Below are positions 12,946 to 26,257 of a stretch of 64,000 nt of DNA, one piece after another (position 1 is the first letter of the stretch; the number at the start of each line of letters is the position of its first letter). The stretch comes from the human T2T-CHM13v2.0 reference genome, Homo sapiens. A program made the position numbers and the translations under genes. The DNA is taken from the NCBI RefSeq assembly GCF_009914755.1, contig NC_060938.1, one strand, 5' to 3'. The notes under the pieces were generated by a model. That model did not search any database and had not been told where the DNA came from. It saw nothing but the letters and a program-made list of their open reading frames with translations.

Positions 12946-13455
12946 TGCCGAGACCAGCTCGGTTGGGGAGACCCTAACCCAGTGGCGCTAGAGGAATTAA
13001 AGACTCACACAGAAATATAGAGGTGTGAAGTAGGAAATCAGGGGTCTCACAGCCTGCAGAGATGAGAGCCCCAAACAGAGATTTATCCACATATTTATTA
13101 ACAGCAAGCCAGTCATTAGCATTGTTTCTATAGATATTAAATTAACTAAAAGTATCCCTTATGGGAAACGAAGGGATGGGCCAAATTAAAGGAATAGGTT
13201 GGGCTAGTTAACTGCAGCAGGAGCATATCCTTAAGGCACAGATCACTCATGCTATTGTTTGTGGCTTAAGAATGCCTTTAAGCAGTTTTCCACCCTGGGC
13301 AGGCCAGGTGTTCTTGCCCTCATTCCCATAAACCCACAACCTTCCAGCGTGGGCATTATGGCCATCATGAACATGTCACAGTGCTGCAGAGATTTTATTT
13401 ATGGCCAGTTTTGGGGCCAGTTTATGGCAAGATTTTGGGGGGCTTGCTCCCAACA
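12946..13455 (-). mobile_element. MER9 solo LTR (HERV-K9/HML-3)
   Basis: Minus strand starts TGTTGGGAGCAAGCCCCCCAAAATCTTGCCATAAACTGGCCCCAAAACTGGCC and ends GAGCTGGTCTCGGCA, matching the recalled MER9a consensus; 510 bp; lies within an L2 remnant. Confidence 0.88.
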
Positions 13456-13531
13456 GAAAGGTCTTATTCCTCATGCTGATCAGTTTGAATTTTTTCCTGA
13501 GGGTAATAGGGAGCCATTGAAATAGGGAAGT

Positions 13532-13922
13532 ATAAAGAAAATGTGGCACATACACACTGTGGAATACCATGCAGCCATAAAAAAGGATGAGCTCATGTCC
13601 TTTGCAGGGACATGGATGAAGCTGGAAACCATCATTCTCAGCAAACTAATCCAAGAACAGAAAACCAAACACCGCATGTTCTCACTCATAAGTGGGAGCT
13701 GAACAATGAGAACACATGGACACGGGGAGAGAAACATCACACACCAGGTTGGGGGCTAGGGGAGGTATAGCATTAGGAGAAATACCTAATGTAGATGACA
13801 GGTTGACGGGTGCAGCAAACCACCATGGCACATGTATACCCATGCAACAAACCTGCACGTTCTGCACATGTATCCCAGAATATAAAGTATAATAAAAAAA
13901 AAAAAAAAAAAGAAAAGAAAAA
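13532..13922 (+). mobile_element. 5'-truncated L1PA (PA6/7-like) 3' end
   Basis: L1 ORF2 end and 3'UTR (gcagccataaaaaaggatgag...gcattaggagaaatacctaatg), poly(A); TSD gaaata(g/c)ggaagt at 13519-13531 and 13923-13935. Confidence 0.93.
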
Positions 13923-14318
13923 GAAATACGGAAGTGACGGAGTCATTTTGTAGTTGGAAGCATTTTCTCAGGCAGCCATTTACAGGTTAGGGGGATGGAG
14001 ATGAAACTATAGAACTTGGATTTTGATCTCTTTGAGGCAAGTCACTTTGGGGTGGGGTTAGCCCTAAACTTCTTAAAGCAATGAGAACTTTAGAATAAGT
14101 TTTAACCTTTCTGAGATGTTGGGTGGCCAGGTCTGGTTCTAGCTTCCTACCTTACCAACCCAGGAGAGATTTCTTTGGTATACCAGCCTTCTGAATAACA
14201 TCAGGCGAGCCCTCCATTTATCAAGGCGCCTAACAGTTAGAAATGGTGTCAGGCTATCTATAACTCTGCTAGGATGTGAGAGAAAATAGCAAATGACTTA
14301 AAGTACTAAATGGAACTA

Positions 14319-14621
<303 letters not shown>

Positions 14622-14669
14622 CTATGGAAATTAATACAAGTGTTATGTTCCTTTTGCTAATGATTGCAA

Positions 14670-15230
14670 TAATAATATTGAGTGCCTATTATGCGTCAGG
14701 CACTATACTAAGCACATAAAAATGCAACAACTTAGTGGGGTTCAATTATCACCCTCAATTTAGAAACAAAGAAACTGAAGTACGAAGTATTTCCATAACT
14801 TGCTGATGATCGCATAACTAGTAATTAGTTGGCATTCAAACCTAGAGTCTTGCTCTAGAGTCTGTGCTCTTGACCAGTATACCATACTCAGCTCTTCAAG
14901 ATGATCATACAACTACCTCAGCTAGAGCTTATGATCACATATTTCTGTCATTGTTAGATTTGAGAGGTTTCCATGCATCACTATAAGTGCAGCTGTTTCT
15001 TTATGTGTGCCCTGAAATCTCTATGCTGATAGTCAGTAGAAAAGCAGTGTGTTTTAACAGAAGCTGAAGCACTGCATTTAGAATTGGGAGACTTGTATTC
15101 AAGGACCAGCTTTGCCACAAACCATCTGTACTATTTTGAGCAAGGCACTTAACTTCCCTGGACCTCAATTCCCTCAGCTATACACATAAGAGCTTGCATT
15201 AGGTGAAGCTGGCAGGCCTTTCAGTTTGCT
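14670..15230. mobile_element. Two MIR fragments in opposite orientations (about 14670-14890 and 15040-15230)
   Basis: MIR core motifs (tgagtgcctattatgcgtcaggcact...gaaactgaag; ttgagcaaggcacttaacttccctggacctcaatt). Confidence 0.65.
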
Positions 15231-18200
15231 TCTTCTGTCACATTCTGTCTTCGGTGAGCAAATTGGTATGTTCAAGCCTCAGACAGGCTTCTCTGTTCAC
15301 CTCTTGAAGAAGGCTGGACCAACCCATCTATGAGCATTTTGTCACATTTCTTTTGTCACTGTTATTATATTGGATATCTAGAGCAGCAATCTTTTGAATC
15401 TATAACCCATCATTTTTTAGCATATTGCCCCAAAGTATGGAAAATTGCTGCCAAAAACTATAGTGCTACTATATAAAGTTATATAAAACACACCAGAAAT
15501 AGAATTTTTAAAATATGAAGTGGGTTCTAGTATTTTTTCCCTACATCCCGTTGAGTCATTGTGATGTATTCCCACCACTTGGTATAGTTCAAATTTCTCC
15601 CTTCCTTGTTTTTACTGCAGAACTCTTTACTGTCCCAAGTAGAGTGAGACTGAAACCAAAATTTGAGCACTGGGTCCATTCATTCAATTGTTCATTCATT
15701 TACACGTTAAGTATGAAGCATCTATAATGTGAAATGCTTGCTGAATTTTCAGGAGGCCATAAGAACGGTATCAGGCTTGGCCTCTCCCCTCTCAAACATA
15801 AAGGCTAATTCTAGTGTTTTTCAGTTTTATCTGGTTGGAACCCTAGAATTCCTGCATACTGTAATGAAGCTAAACTTTACATCTAAACTGGCTATATGTA
15901 TTGCACTACAGTGCATAAGACAAGAAAAGTTACAAAAAGAAGGAAAATCCAGAACGTGAGGCCCACAGACATGAAACAGTTGAAGTCACACTGTAGTACA
16001 GCATCTAATGAATTGCCAGGATGAGAGAAGCAGATTTTTAATATCAGAGGCATTCACAGAAAGGAGAGATCATCATGATCTTTGTGATGGAGGCTTGGAC
16101 CACTGCCTTAGGATGTCAGGGCAGAACTAAGATGGGCCCCTTGGTTGGTCTGTCCTGACTCACTGTGTCTGCAGTGCCTGGATATCAGCCAGCAGACCAC
16201 CTCCATCATTGAGTTAGACCCACTTACAAGGTGGCAGGCTATTAACCAGTCCCCTGTTCCACTGAGAACTTGCCAGGCTGGCCATCATAGCATGGTATAG
16301 GTTGAAGTAGCTTAGTACCTGTGGTGGATGACTGTTTTTCTCGGCCAGCTGTTTAATGAGCACCAAATGAAGTAAAATGCTGCTTGGTTCCTCTCCTCTC
16401 TTCAGACACAAACAATCGAGCACATCCTAGTGGAAGGGCCGTGTTGGGGAACTGGCTTTCTTGTGCTGATCATCTTGGTTCCCACATCCGTCCCTCCCCT
16501 CTGGGCTAGAGTTTGGAGGAGCTATTGAAGAACCTTGAGAAAACTGTTAACCTTGAAAGTTTAGTTATTCATCATCAAATATATTAACAAACGTTTGTAG
16601 CCAAAGCTTTACTGTCTATGGCAGTTTTAAATAATTATCAAAATCATGATTTAATTAATTTCTCTCTCCATTTTGGGTTGGCTTAGAGGAGTAGGAGATT
16701 GCAATTCACAAGTACTTTCTGGTCCTGTAACCAACTTGCACTTTCAAGTTCAGGTAATCACCTTGTCCTTTTCAGTTTATTTACCCATGACTTAGGTTAA
16801 AGTTGCCCATGCCTCTGGTGAAATTCACAAATGAAACTTCACCTAGCTGGGTTTCATATTTGTAAGAAATCATTTTTTTTCTCCATGAGAATGTGCAGGT
16901 CAGCTGAGACAAGCATGATTAATTCTAGACATGAATTAGAACAAGCCCAAGCTGAACAGCTCTCTCAGAGGAAGTCATCTGAAATTGGTATGTGTGACCC
17001 AGTATATCTTTTGACCAATTTGCATTGGAAACCACAGTGAGCATGGAAGAAATATAACCTTGATCCTCTGGCCTAATAAACATTCTTGCAATTCTAAATG
17101 TACCTAGAGTTTGTGACAAGTGTGTATTGGAAAACTCGTTGAAAACACATGAGTTAGTAATGTTCTCTTTCAGAAGATGAACTTGCATGGCCGAAGTGAG
17201 ATTCCAGTGGGAAAGACCTGGTAGAGAAAGAGTGGGAGAATGCGTTGACCTCTGGAGGGCAGATTATGGCATGCCAGGCAATGGGTTGTGCCATCAGGGA
17301 AGGAATCTAGAAAGACGAGGAGACTCAGGAGAAAGGAGATGACTTCTGTTGACAGGTCATTGTTGCTCAGACTTAGTGCAGATGAGAAAGGAAATCCAGA
17401 AACCTACATGACAGCTCCTCTTGGATTGGATGAAAATATTGATTTTTTTTTTTTTTCCCTATCTGGAATTTGACAGGGTCAGTTCATGTCTGGGTTTTCA
17501 GCACTTAATACAGGGCGCTTTTGTCTTGGGAGGCGGCTGGACTGGTTTTTCCTCCAGGCAGGTGCACAGAGGGCGTTTATTGTAGCCTGAAACACAAACA
17601 CCAAGCCCCTAGGCCCTGATCCACACACTCTCCAGTGTGGCTCAAGGAAATAAAGTGAACAATGTCTCTTGCAACAGGCGAGCACTGTAAATGCCACTCC
17701 TGAATGATATATTTCTTAAAACTTTGTATCCGTAACCTGATCATCTCTTAAAACTTAATTATATGTCAGAGAAAAGGAAGCTATTGGCTCCTCCAGCTGT
17801 CCAGGTTGAACGAGAGCACACAATGGAGCATATCCGATTCACAGCCTTACTTAGGTAATCAGATTAATATCTCCTGAATTGAATTTACCCTTTTGATATG
17901 GAGTCTTTCAGCTGCCTTGTTTCACATCTCAAATTCTGACAAAGCTGTGCGGCCTTTGAGTAATTTCCCTGAAATCTATATGTGGGAAGCCTGTACTTCA
18001 AGCAGTTTTTGGGACTTGCACCAATTAAATCTGTCTCTGGCACACTTTTAATGGCATGCTTTCCCCTGAGTCAACAACTGCTCCAAAATCTGAAGTCATT
18101 TGTTTAATTTAAAAGCAAAGGTTATGGAACAACCATTTCAAGCTTCACCAGCCAAACTCCAGTGGCTTTGAAAAGGGAGATGAGGCAGAGGAAAGGCTAA

Positions 18201-20999
18201 TAAACTGGATTTCTTATACACAAAATAAATTAATTACTGTGTTTCTGTAAGCTAGTATCAAATCAAGTTTGTTCACACCCTCCTTGCCAACCTAGCTCTC
18301 CCTTTCTCTTCAAACTCACCCTCTCTGGGCTTTCATATTCACGATTGAGGCTCACCCTCTTACTGTTGTTCTTGCAACACAAACATCTGGACTGGATTTT
18401 TGTCAGCTGGAGTTGAGAGAGAACTGTAAATGATGCAGTGATTTTTTTTTCGTCCTTATTAAATTTATTTATAGCCAGTCTGAAGCCAGGAAACATGCTA
18501 GAGCCTTTGATTGGAGGTTCTCGAGGAATGTACGGTGGATGGTATTTTCTCCTGTTGTTTTCTAAATAATATCAAGGATAGAATTACATAACTCCCAACT
18601 TGAGTATTTTTTGCCCTGAAGGACCCTTTATTAGGACATTTTGCACATCAGAATTCTTCCATTATATTTGCTTATCCAATATGCCTTCTTTTCTGTCAGT
18701 GAGAGAAAAGGAAATGTACATGACAGGTTATTTCTGAAAAATTAGAAAGATGGAGAGTGAGTTTCTGGTTGTTTGGGACATGAACCAGTGGCATGAGTAT
18801 TTTCTTTTGCCAAAGGGACACAACATGGATCCTATTTCTACCTCTTAACAACCTCTGCAATCTTAAAGCTGCCAAATCTCAAAGAATTTCATTCATTTAG
18901 TCATTATTTAAGATAATAAAAGGCCCTACAAGCAGCTTACGAAAATAATTTATAAAATATTTTTCTCTGCCCTTAGACCTTGTTAAATAACAATGCCTTG
19001 GTGTTTATAAAATTATTTAAGAAACAAAACTTTCTAGAGGAGGCTGAATCAGATGATGATTTCTTGAGGTCCCTTCCCAGTTCTATGATTTGAGATGATT
19101 CTTTAATTTTCCTTCACTGTCATTTATATCTGTGTCATTAAAAAAAAAAAAAAAAAAAAGGGCTGTTTGGGAATGAGATTTGCTACACCCGTAGGCATTT
19201 TCTTCTTCAGAAAAGAGACTGTTTAGCTTTCTGCCACCCAAGTCAGTCATCCTCAGCCTGAACAATGGAGCTTAATGTTCTCCATCTTCCTAAGAGTTAG
19301 TGTCTGTTGTTATGAAAGTGAATTGAAACCAAATGTACTTTCTATTGGAAAAGCTGCCCTTGCTCTCAGCTCATGGACAAAACTGAGAGAGAAGGCTCTT
19401 ACAAAACAGAGGGAAAAATCCTCGCTGTCATGTCATAACACCAGTTATTTCACTGTTAGACCTATGAACATATCTTTGATGCAACACTACACTATTTGAT
19501 GATGTTTCTGTGTCACTTAAGATGGGCGTTTCATATTTATCTCTTAGAAATGTTAGCAGATTTTTTTCACGAGTTATCTTGCTTATGGACTGGAAAAGCT
19601 ATTCTTACAGTAAGACCCTTCATTAACTGAGAAGGCATAAAAGATAGCTCATGTTCTCCACCAAGAAAGGAAGCTCTGTTTCTCTCTGTCTGATGGGAAG
19701 CATTTGAGACAGAGCAGCTTCATGAAGTGTGGATGTCTGTTACCCACTTCCCAGTTTTTAAAGTAAAAGCCAAGTCAATGGCACTGGTACTTGTAGTGAA
19801 ATGAGCCACAGAGGCATCATTACTCATCACCATCACGACTCAAGGATCAGCAAATGAGAGTCCTGAAGGTAAAGAATGTTTATTTTCAGGTAGAGAAGAA
19901 AGAAAAATCACGGAGAGGTAGAGAAAGGTGAAGGGCAAAGGAAGAATCCAGCAGACATTAAGCAACACTGTATCTTCCAAGATCATAAAGCCAAATAGTT
20001 CCTGCTAGATTTAACTTTTATTATTTTGGGAGATGAAAATCACTGGGGCATGGAGTTCTCATTCTGCATTTAGGAACTTCCATAATATTTTAATAATAAC
20101 AATAATGATAATAATGCCAATCACTTTAATTAAATCTCCCTAAATAAGCATCTTTTAATGCAGTGTTGTTTGCTGTAAAACATCCCAACTAATGGTAGAG
20201 GCTGGATGTCTGCCAAAGACATGGTGAGGGAACCGCCACAGAGCCGCTGGTATTGGACCCTGGCAGAGCTGGTTCCTCTAGCCAAAGGAAGTGAATAATC
20301 ATGGGGAAGTGGTTATTCCAGCTGTGACACTCAGGAAATTTCAGTAGAATGTGATGGCCTTATATATGGAATATTCTTAGACATACTAGGATGGCACATG
20401 TAAATTATCATGGGAAACATAATTTGAGGAATACAGAAGATTATAAGGTATTATTTGATTCAGGTTTTTTTATGTTAGTTTGGAGCCATTGTCAGGCATG
20501 GAAATACTTTCATTGATATTCCTGTCTTCTATAATTCAAGGCCTTAATAATAAACTGGTTTTGAATCAATCAGTTGTCTGATAGACGGCTCCTGGGAAGA
20601 CTGGAGAGCCTTATGAGGGTGCCCACCTCTCTCCTGTGTAAAAGGCCCTTCACTCTGGCAGCTTCACTCTTGGGTGGTGTTGGGTAGAAGTAAGATCAGA
20701 TACCCTGCTCACTGTAGGATGGAAGGGATCACATCAAAGCTCTGAGGGCTGTTTTCCCCTTAGGCATCCAAACCTGATTTCCTCTTATCACCTGATATGA
20801 ATTTTCGACTGTTTCACTTTTTCCTTCTCTGTGCTTGTGTTTTTTACAAAACCATGAAGCCTGTAAACCACACGGTAGATATGATCACAACAATATTAGT
20901 GGAGAACCCCATGCTGTTGTCAGTATCACCATCATAGGTATGAGTGCTTGATGCAGGGTGTGAGGGGGAAGGGGGCAGTCTTTTTAAAAAGCAGGTCAC

Positions 21000-21309
21000 G
21001 GCTGGACGTGGTGGCTCACGCCTGTAATCCCAGCACTTTGGGAGGCCGAGGTGGGCAGATCACTTTAGGTCAGGAGTTCAAGACCAGCCTGACCAACATG
21101 GTGAAACCCGTCTCTATTAAAAATACAAAAATTAGCTGGGTGTGGTGGTGCACATCTGTAATCCCGGCTACTCGGGAGGCTGAGGCAGGAGAATCACTTG
21201 AACCTGGGAGGCAGAGGTTTCAGTAAGCAGAGATCACGCCACTGCACTCTAGCCTGGGCCACAGAGCAAGACTCCATCTCAAAAAATTAATTAATTAATT
21301 AAAAATTAA
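21000..21309 (+). mobile_element. AluSx with (TTAA)n tail
   Basis: Full Alu. Confidence 0.95.
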
Positions 21310-22042
21310 GAAGCAGATTACCTTTGAACCTGTTTAGATAGTGGTCTTCCATCCATCACCTCTTAACTCCTCATCTCCCATTTTCCCAACCCCACACACC
21401 TCATCTTTGCATGGATGAAGTGCAGTCTCTCCAGAACGTTTTTGTGAGTGGAGGGATGCAGAGTAGATTGTCGGTGCCATGTCTACGTTGTTAACTGCAG
21501 TCCAACATGTAATCTAGTTAAAAAAAGAAAGAAAAGAAAAACCCATAAAATAAATTTTAATAGACTACCCCTAGGCAACTTTGAAGAGGAAATCATTGCA
21601 AGAAAATGAGACTTACTAAATAGGCCATTTGAGAAGCAGGCAATGGCTATTTTAAAGGCTTGAGGTTTTAATATATGTATATGCCTTTTTTCCCTCATCT
21701 CTTGCAAATAAATAATGGTTTACATCAGGAGACAATTCAGGAAAAAAGCCTTTTAAAAAATTTTCAGGAAATCTGGCCACCGTGTTTCTGCAGCCACTGA
21801 TAAATGACAATGCCACCAGCAGTGACCTAGGACATCCTGAATTCTTGCTCTTCTGAAGAGCTTGCATTCTCTTTTCAAAGGGTATCCTGTTCCTATTGCA
21901 ATCTTTAAGCTATCTCAGCTCAAGATCACCTTTTTTCCTTTTATTATCATACTTAAAACAGCACTAGTGCTGTTAAGAAGACTCCACCCATAGATGTTGA
22001 TGTCATTTGTGAGGAGGACAAGATTTAAAGAGAAGGTAACTG

Positions 22043-22411
<369 letters not shown>

Positions 22412-25400
22412 TCAGCATTGTTATTTCAATTCATGTTGTACAAATCAACTAAATACAATTTTGTCTATTTTCAGGGATAACTGAGTGTTCTTCATCCACA
22501 AAGGCCCAAGTCCGTATAGGACAGTAGCACAACGGGGAAGAAATGTGTGTTTTTTTTTGTTTTGTTTTGTTTTTTAGTGCTGATGAAAGGTGTTATATCC
22601 AAGGGTAAGTTATAAACAGAGAAGCTGTTTCTGATTGTGAAGATTGGCTCAGCCTGCACTGACACTTCTGAAAAGGTGGAAAGAGCAAAATCGCAGTTCC
22701 CTAGAGTCTCTCAGTTGTGTGATATCCATGCATGTTCGGAGCAGAATGTATAACGGATCCACCGTTCTGCTTCTCTGCTGTCTTCTAGTTTAAAACATGT
22801 TGCAGGCTAAAATGCAGAGGGAGAAGATTCTATTGGTTTACTCATCCAGTTATTAAGACAAGGATGGGATGAAGGATCAGTCTTCACAGACCTGCAAATT
22901 CCCTCCAGTATTGACCCTGTTGTTGCCTGAGGGCAGCTGGGTCAACAGGTATAACCTCCCTTTTTTTCCCTGAACAAAGGTAGCTGGACTTTCAAGGAAA
23001 AAAAAATAATCCAGCCCTGGTAATCACACAAACAGTTCTCAAAGCTCAATTAAACTAAAATGCCTTGTTTCAGTTTCTTTCCACAGTTTATAGATTTTAC
23101 CAGCATAATTATCAAACTTTAAATGTTTCTCTCTTCCATTGTCTTGTTCTGTTTGGTTCACCTGGTGATGTTTGTTATAGCCTTTCTATTTGAGGAATTA
23201 GTGGAAGATAAAATGTTGCTAAGAGCAATTTCGTTAGTATTGAAAATAGCAGGAAAGAAATAGAGGGAGCAGCCATTGTTAGCAAAGTAGCCTGGTTATG
23301 TGTATTAAGCTTGGGAAAGAATTAAGGCCATTTGGTCTATTGATGCAAAATACCTTCGTTTTACTAACCACAGAAAAAGCCCTTGGTTGGGTTGTCTTGA
23401 GTAGTTAGAACTGGGGGTGGCCAAGATGACTGGTTGCTGATTTCCAGCACTGTGCATCAACCACCAAATGATTTTAACTTTCAAAGTTTATGGGGAAAGG
23501 GTACGATATGAATTTTGAGGTTTTTGCTGCTTCTTATGCAAAACATTATTTCGGTTTCAAGCAGCTGATCACAATTGCAACTGCTTATACCTGGTGAATT
23601 ATAATATTCTCTATGGGAACTGCACTGCATGTCTGTGGGGGCCGTCCCATCTGCCTCCTTTGTGAATCTCTTCTCCTTTCAGTGCCTCCTAACTTGGGCC
23701 CCAAAGAGGGGTACAGCAGCTGAATGTCATTCTCTTGGGCTGTGGCCCAGGCATGCATCTTTCTGGAAGGATGACTGAATCCCATTCTTAAATCTGAAGT
23801 TCCTCTTGATTAGCGGCTCCTTTTGTTTGTTGTTTTTAACGGCATTTCTGTCTTTCATGGGTAGCTTACAGGGATGTGTTTTAGAGCCCCTTCCAGCTGG
23901 GAAGCCGCCCAACTCCCACCAGCTGAGTCGGGGGATGGCTTCCCTTTAGTTCCGCTGCTGTCTGTGGACTACAAGGACTCCACTTCCAGCCCCAGCAACA
24001 GTGGCCCTTGTCTGCTGTGCAAACTTGGCTCTCTTCTCTGGGTTTTCATTCTCCAGCCATCTGGGCATTTTGGGCACCCCTCTTATCTTAGTACCTTGGC
24101 ACTCAGGACCACATGTCATCCTATCATAGAGATGCAAACAAAGGAATCCTTCACCTCTAGCTTGCAGTTCCCCTGGAACCATCATAGATTGAGTGACAAT
24201 CAGGGAGATGGGGGCTTGGGCATTGGTCTTGAGTGATATAAATGGTTTTTCTAATAGAAGGCATTTGGAATGGGCTGACAATAGCTAGGATTGTTCACTA
24301 CCAGGATTCTTAGTGCCTAGCTTCCTCCTTTTTCTCTGGCTATCTTGAAATCTAGGAGGAAGGAGCTAAAGACCCCGTGGCCTCTGATTGCCATAGCCTC
24401 TCTAGGCCTGGAAGCTTCAGCTTAGGGACTAGAATACTGCTGTGTGCCAGAGCAGTTCATCTAGCTTCCTATTAAGAATTCTATGTGCATTACCCACTTT
24501 TAAAATTCCTCCTCCTACTTCCTCAACTTCTGGCTTGGGGAGGGTTTGATCAGAGTCATTCTCTCTTCAGAGAAGCATCTGGAAAGATTGATCCAAGAGT
24601 GCTGATAGCAAGTTCGCTATCATCGCCCTGCCTCGAGGAAAATAAGCATTCGATAAAAGGACACTTCCACTGCCCAGTTCACTCCTACTCCACTGTGTCT
24701 TCTCCTGTCCCTCCCCCTACCCCTCTGACCCCTGCACTCATTCTGATCCCTCTTCCTGCCCGAATGTCTCTCAGTGGTCAACAAGGCATGAGCTAGCCAA
24801 AGAAAATGCAACCAAATAGTGTTAATCACTTCCATTTAGACCTCAGTAGTCAGGTGGGGCTGCAGGTCTTTGAAAGGCAGACTTAAAATGCTTGCCTCTT
24901 TTCAGCGAATCTGATTTTACATTTGGCTGCTGATCATTCAGCCCCTGGCATTTGTTCATACATTGGAAGCCCAAAGCTTCCACACAGTTGAGTCTACAGA
25001 GCAGAGTAATATTAACAAGACTTATCTTGGTTATGATGCCAAAACCATGGTGCCACTTCATTTCACACCAAAGTGGATGGATCTTATTTATTTATTTTTT
25101 AAGAGTTGAGGCAGCACAGAGAAGCTCAGAGATTCATTCAGGATCATCCACTGTGTCCAAGCTTTGATCCTCTGGCCCTTATGACAGGCAATGATGGTTC
25201 AGAGTACAGACAGAGCTCCTGTAGAGCGTGCGACCAATTTAACTGGAACCATGGGTTCTTAATTACGACTTCCCCTCCCCACCCACTGCCACCACCATCC
25301 AGTTGCCAGAACCCAGTTGGTTTTCTGTGAAACGGCAGCTAGTGACACTTTGCATGGGTTCACCAGAAGGCCTTTCAGTCTTTGTCTCATTTTAATTGTG

Positions 25401-25931
25401 TATCTCAACCAAGAAGATCAACTCTCCACATGTAAAGTTAACTCCCTTTAGTTTTCAAAGTTTCTTTCCAAGAACCACCTATTGTCAGTCCCTCATCCTG
25501 TGTCTGGCAAACTTAGAAGAAACAATGAAGTTCACAGTACAGACTGAGCTCCCGAAGCACTGATCTTTTATGTATCTAAATGAGGGAAGAAGGAATGCAT
25601 ATTCTCTGGCACAAGCTGGCTCTACCATGTGATTTGAAGTAAATGGCCATTTTATTTCACATTAGGAGGAGAGACTTGGAGCAGTTTGGCAGCAGATCTG
25701 TAGCGGGTTATTAATCTAAGAACTATAGTTTTCTTCCACATAGGAGATTAAATACCCATCTTTCGTCAGATCAAAGCAGGCCTCTTGGACTATCTGATCT
25801 TTGCAAAAGGCCCCATGTTGGGCCAGCACAACAGTCTTTGCATGTATTGCTCCCTATGTTAAAAACAACAACATCATCATCATTTTAGTATGTGTAAATA
25901 ATAAGGTCTGCCAGCATTAGCAGCTCTCTAG

Positions 25932-26257
<326 letters not shown>

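Noticed and set aside
24709-24732. Minus-strand G4 motif
   Set aside because: Canonical pattern but deep intronic with no supporting context; such motifs are very common.
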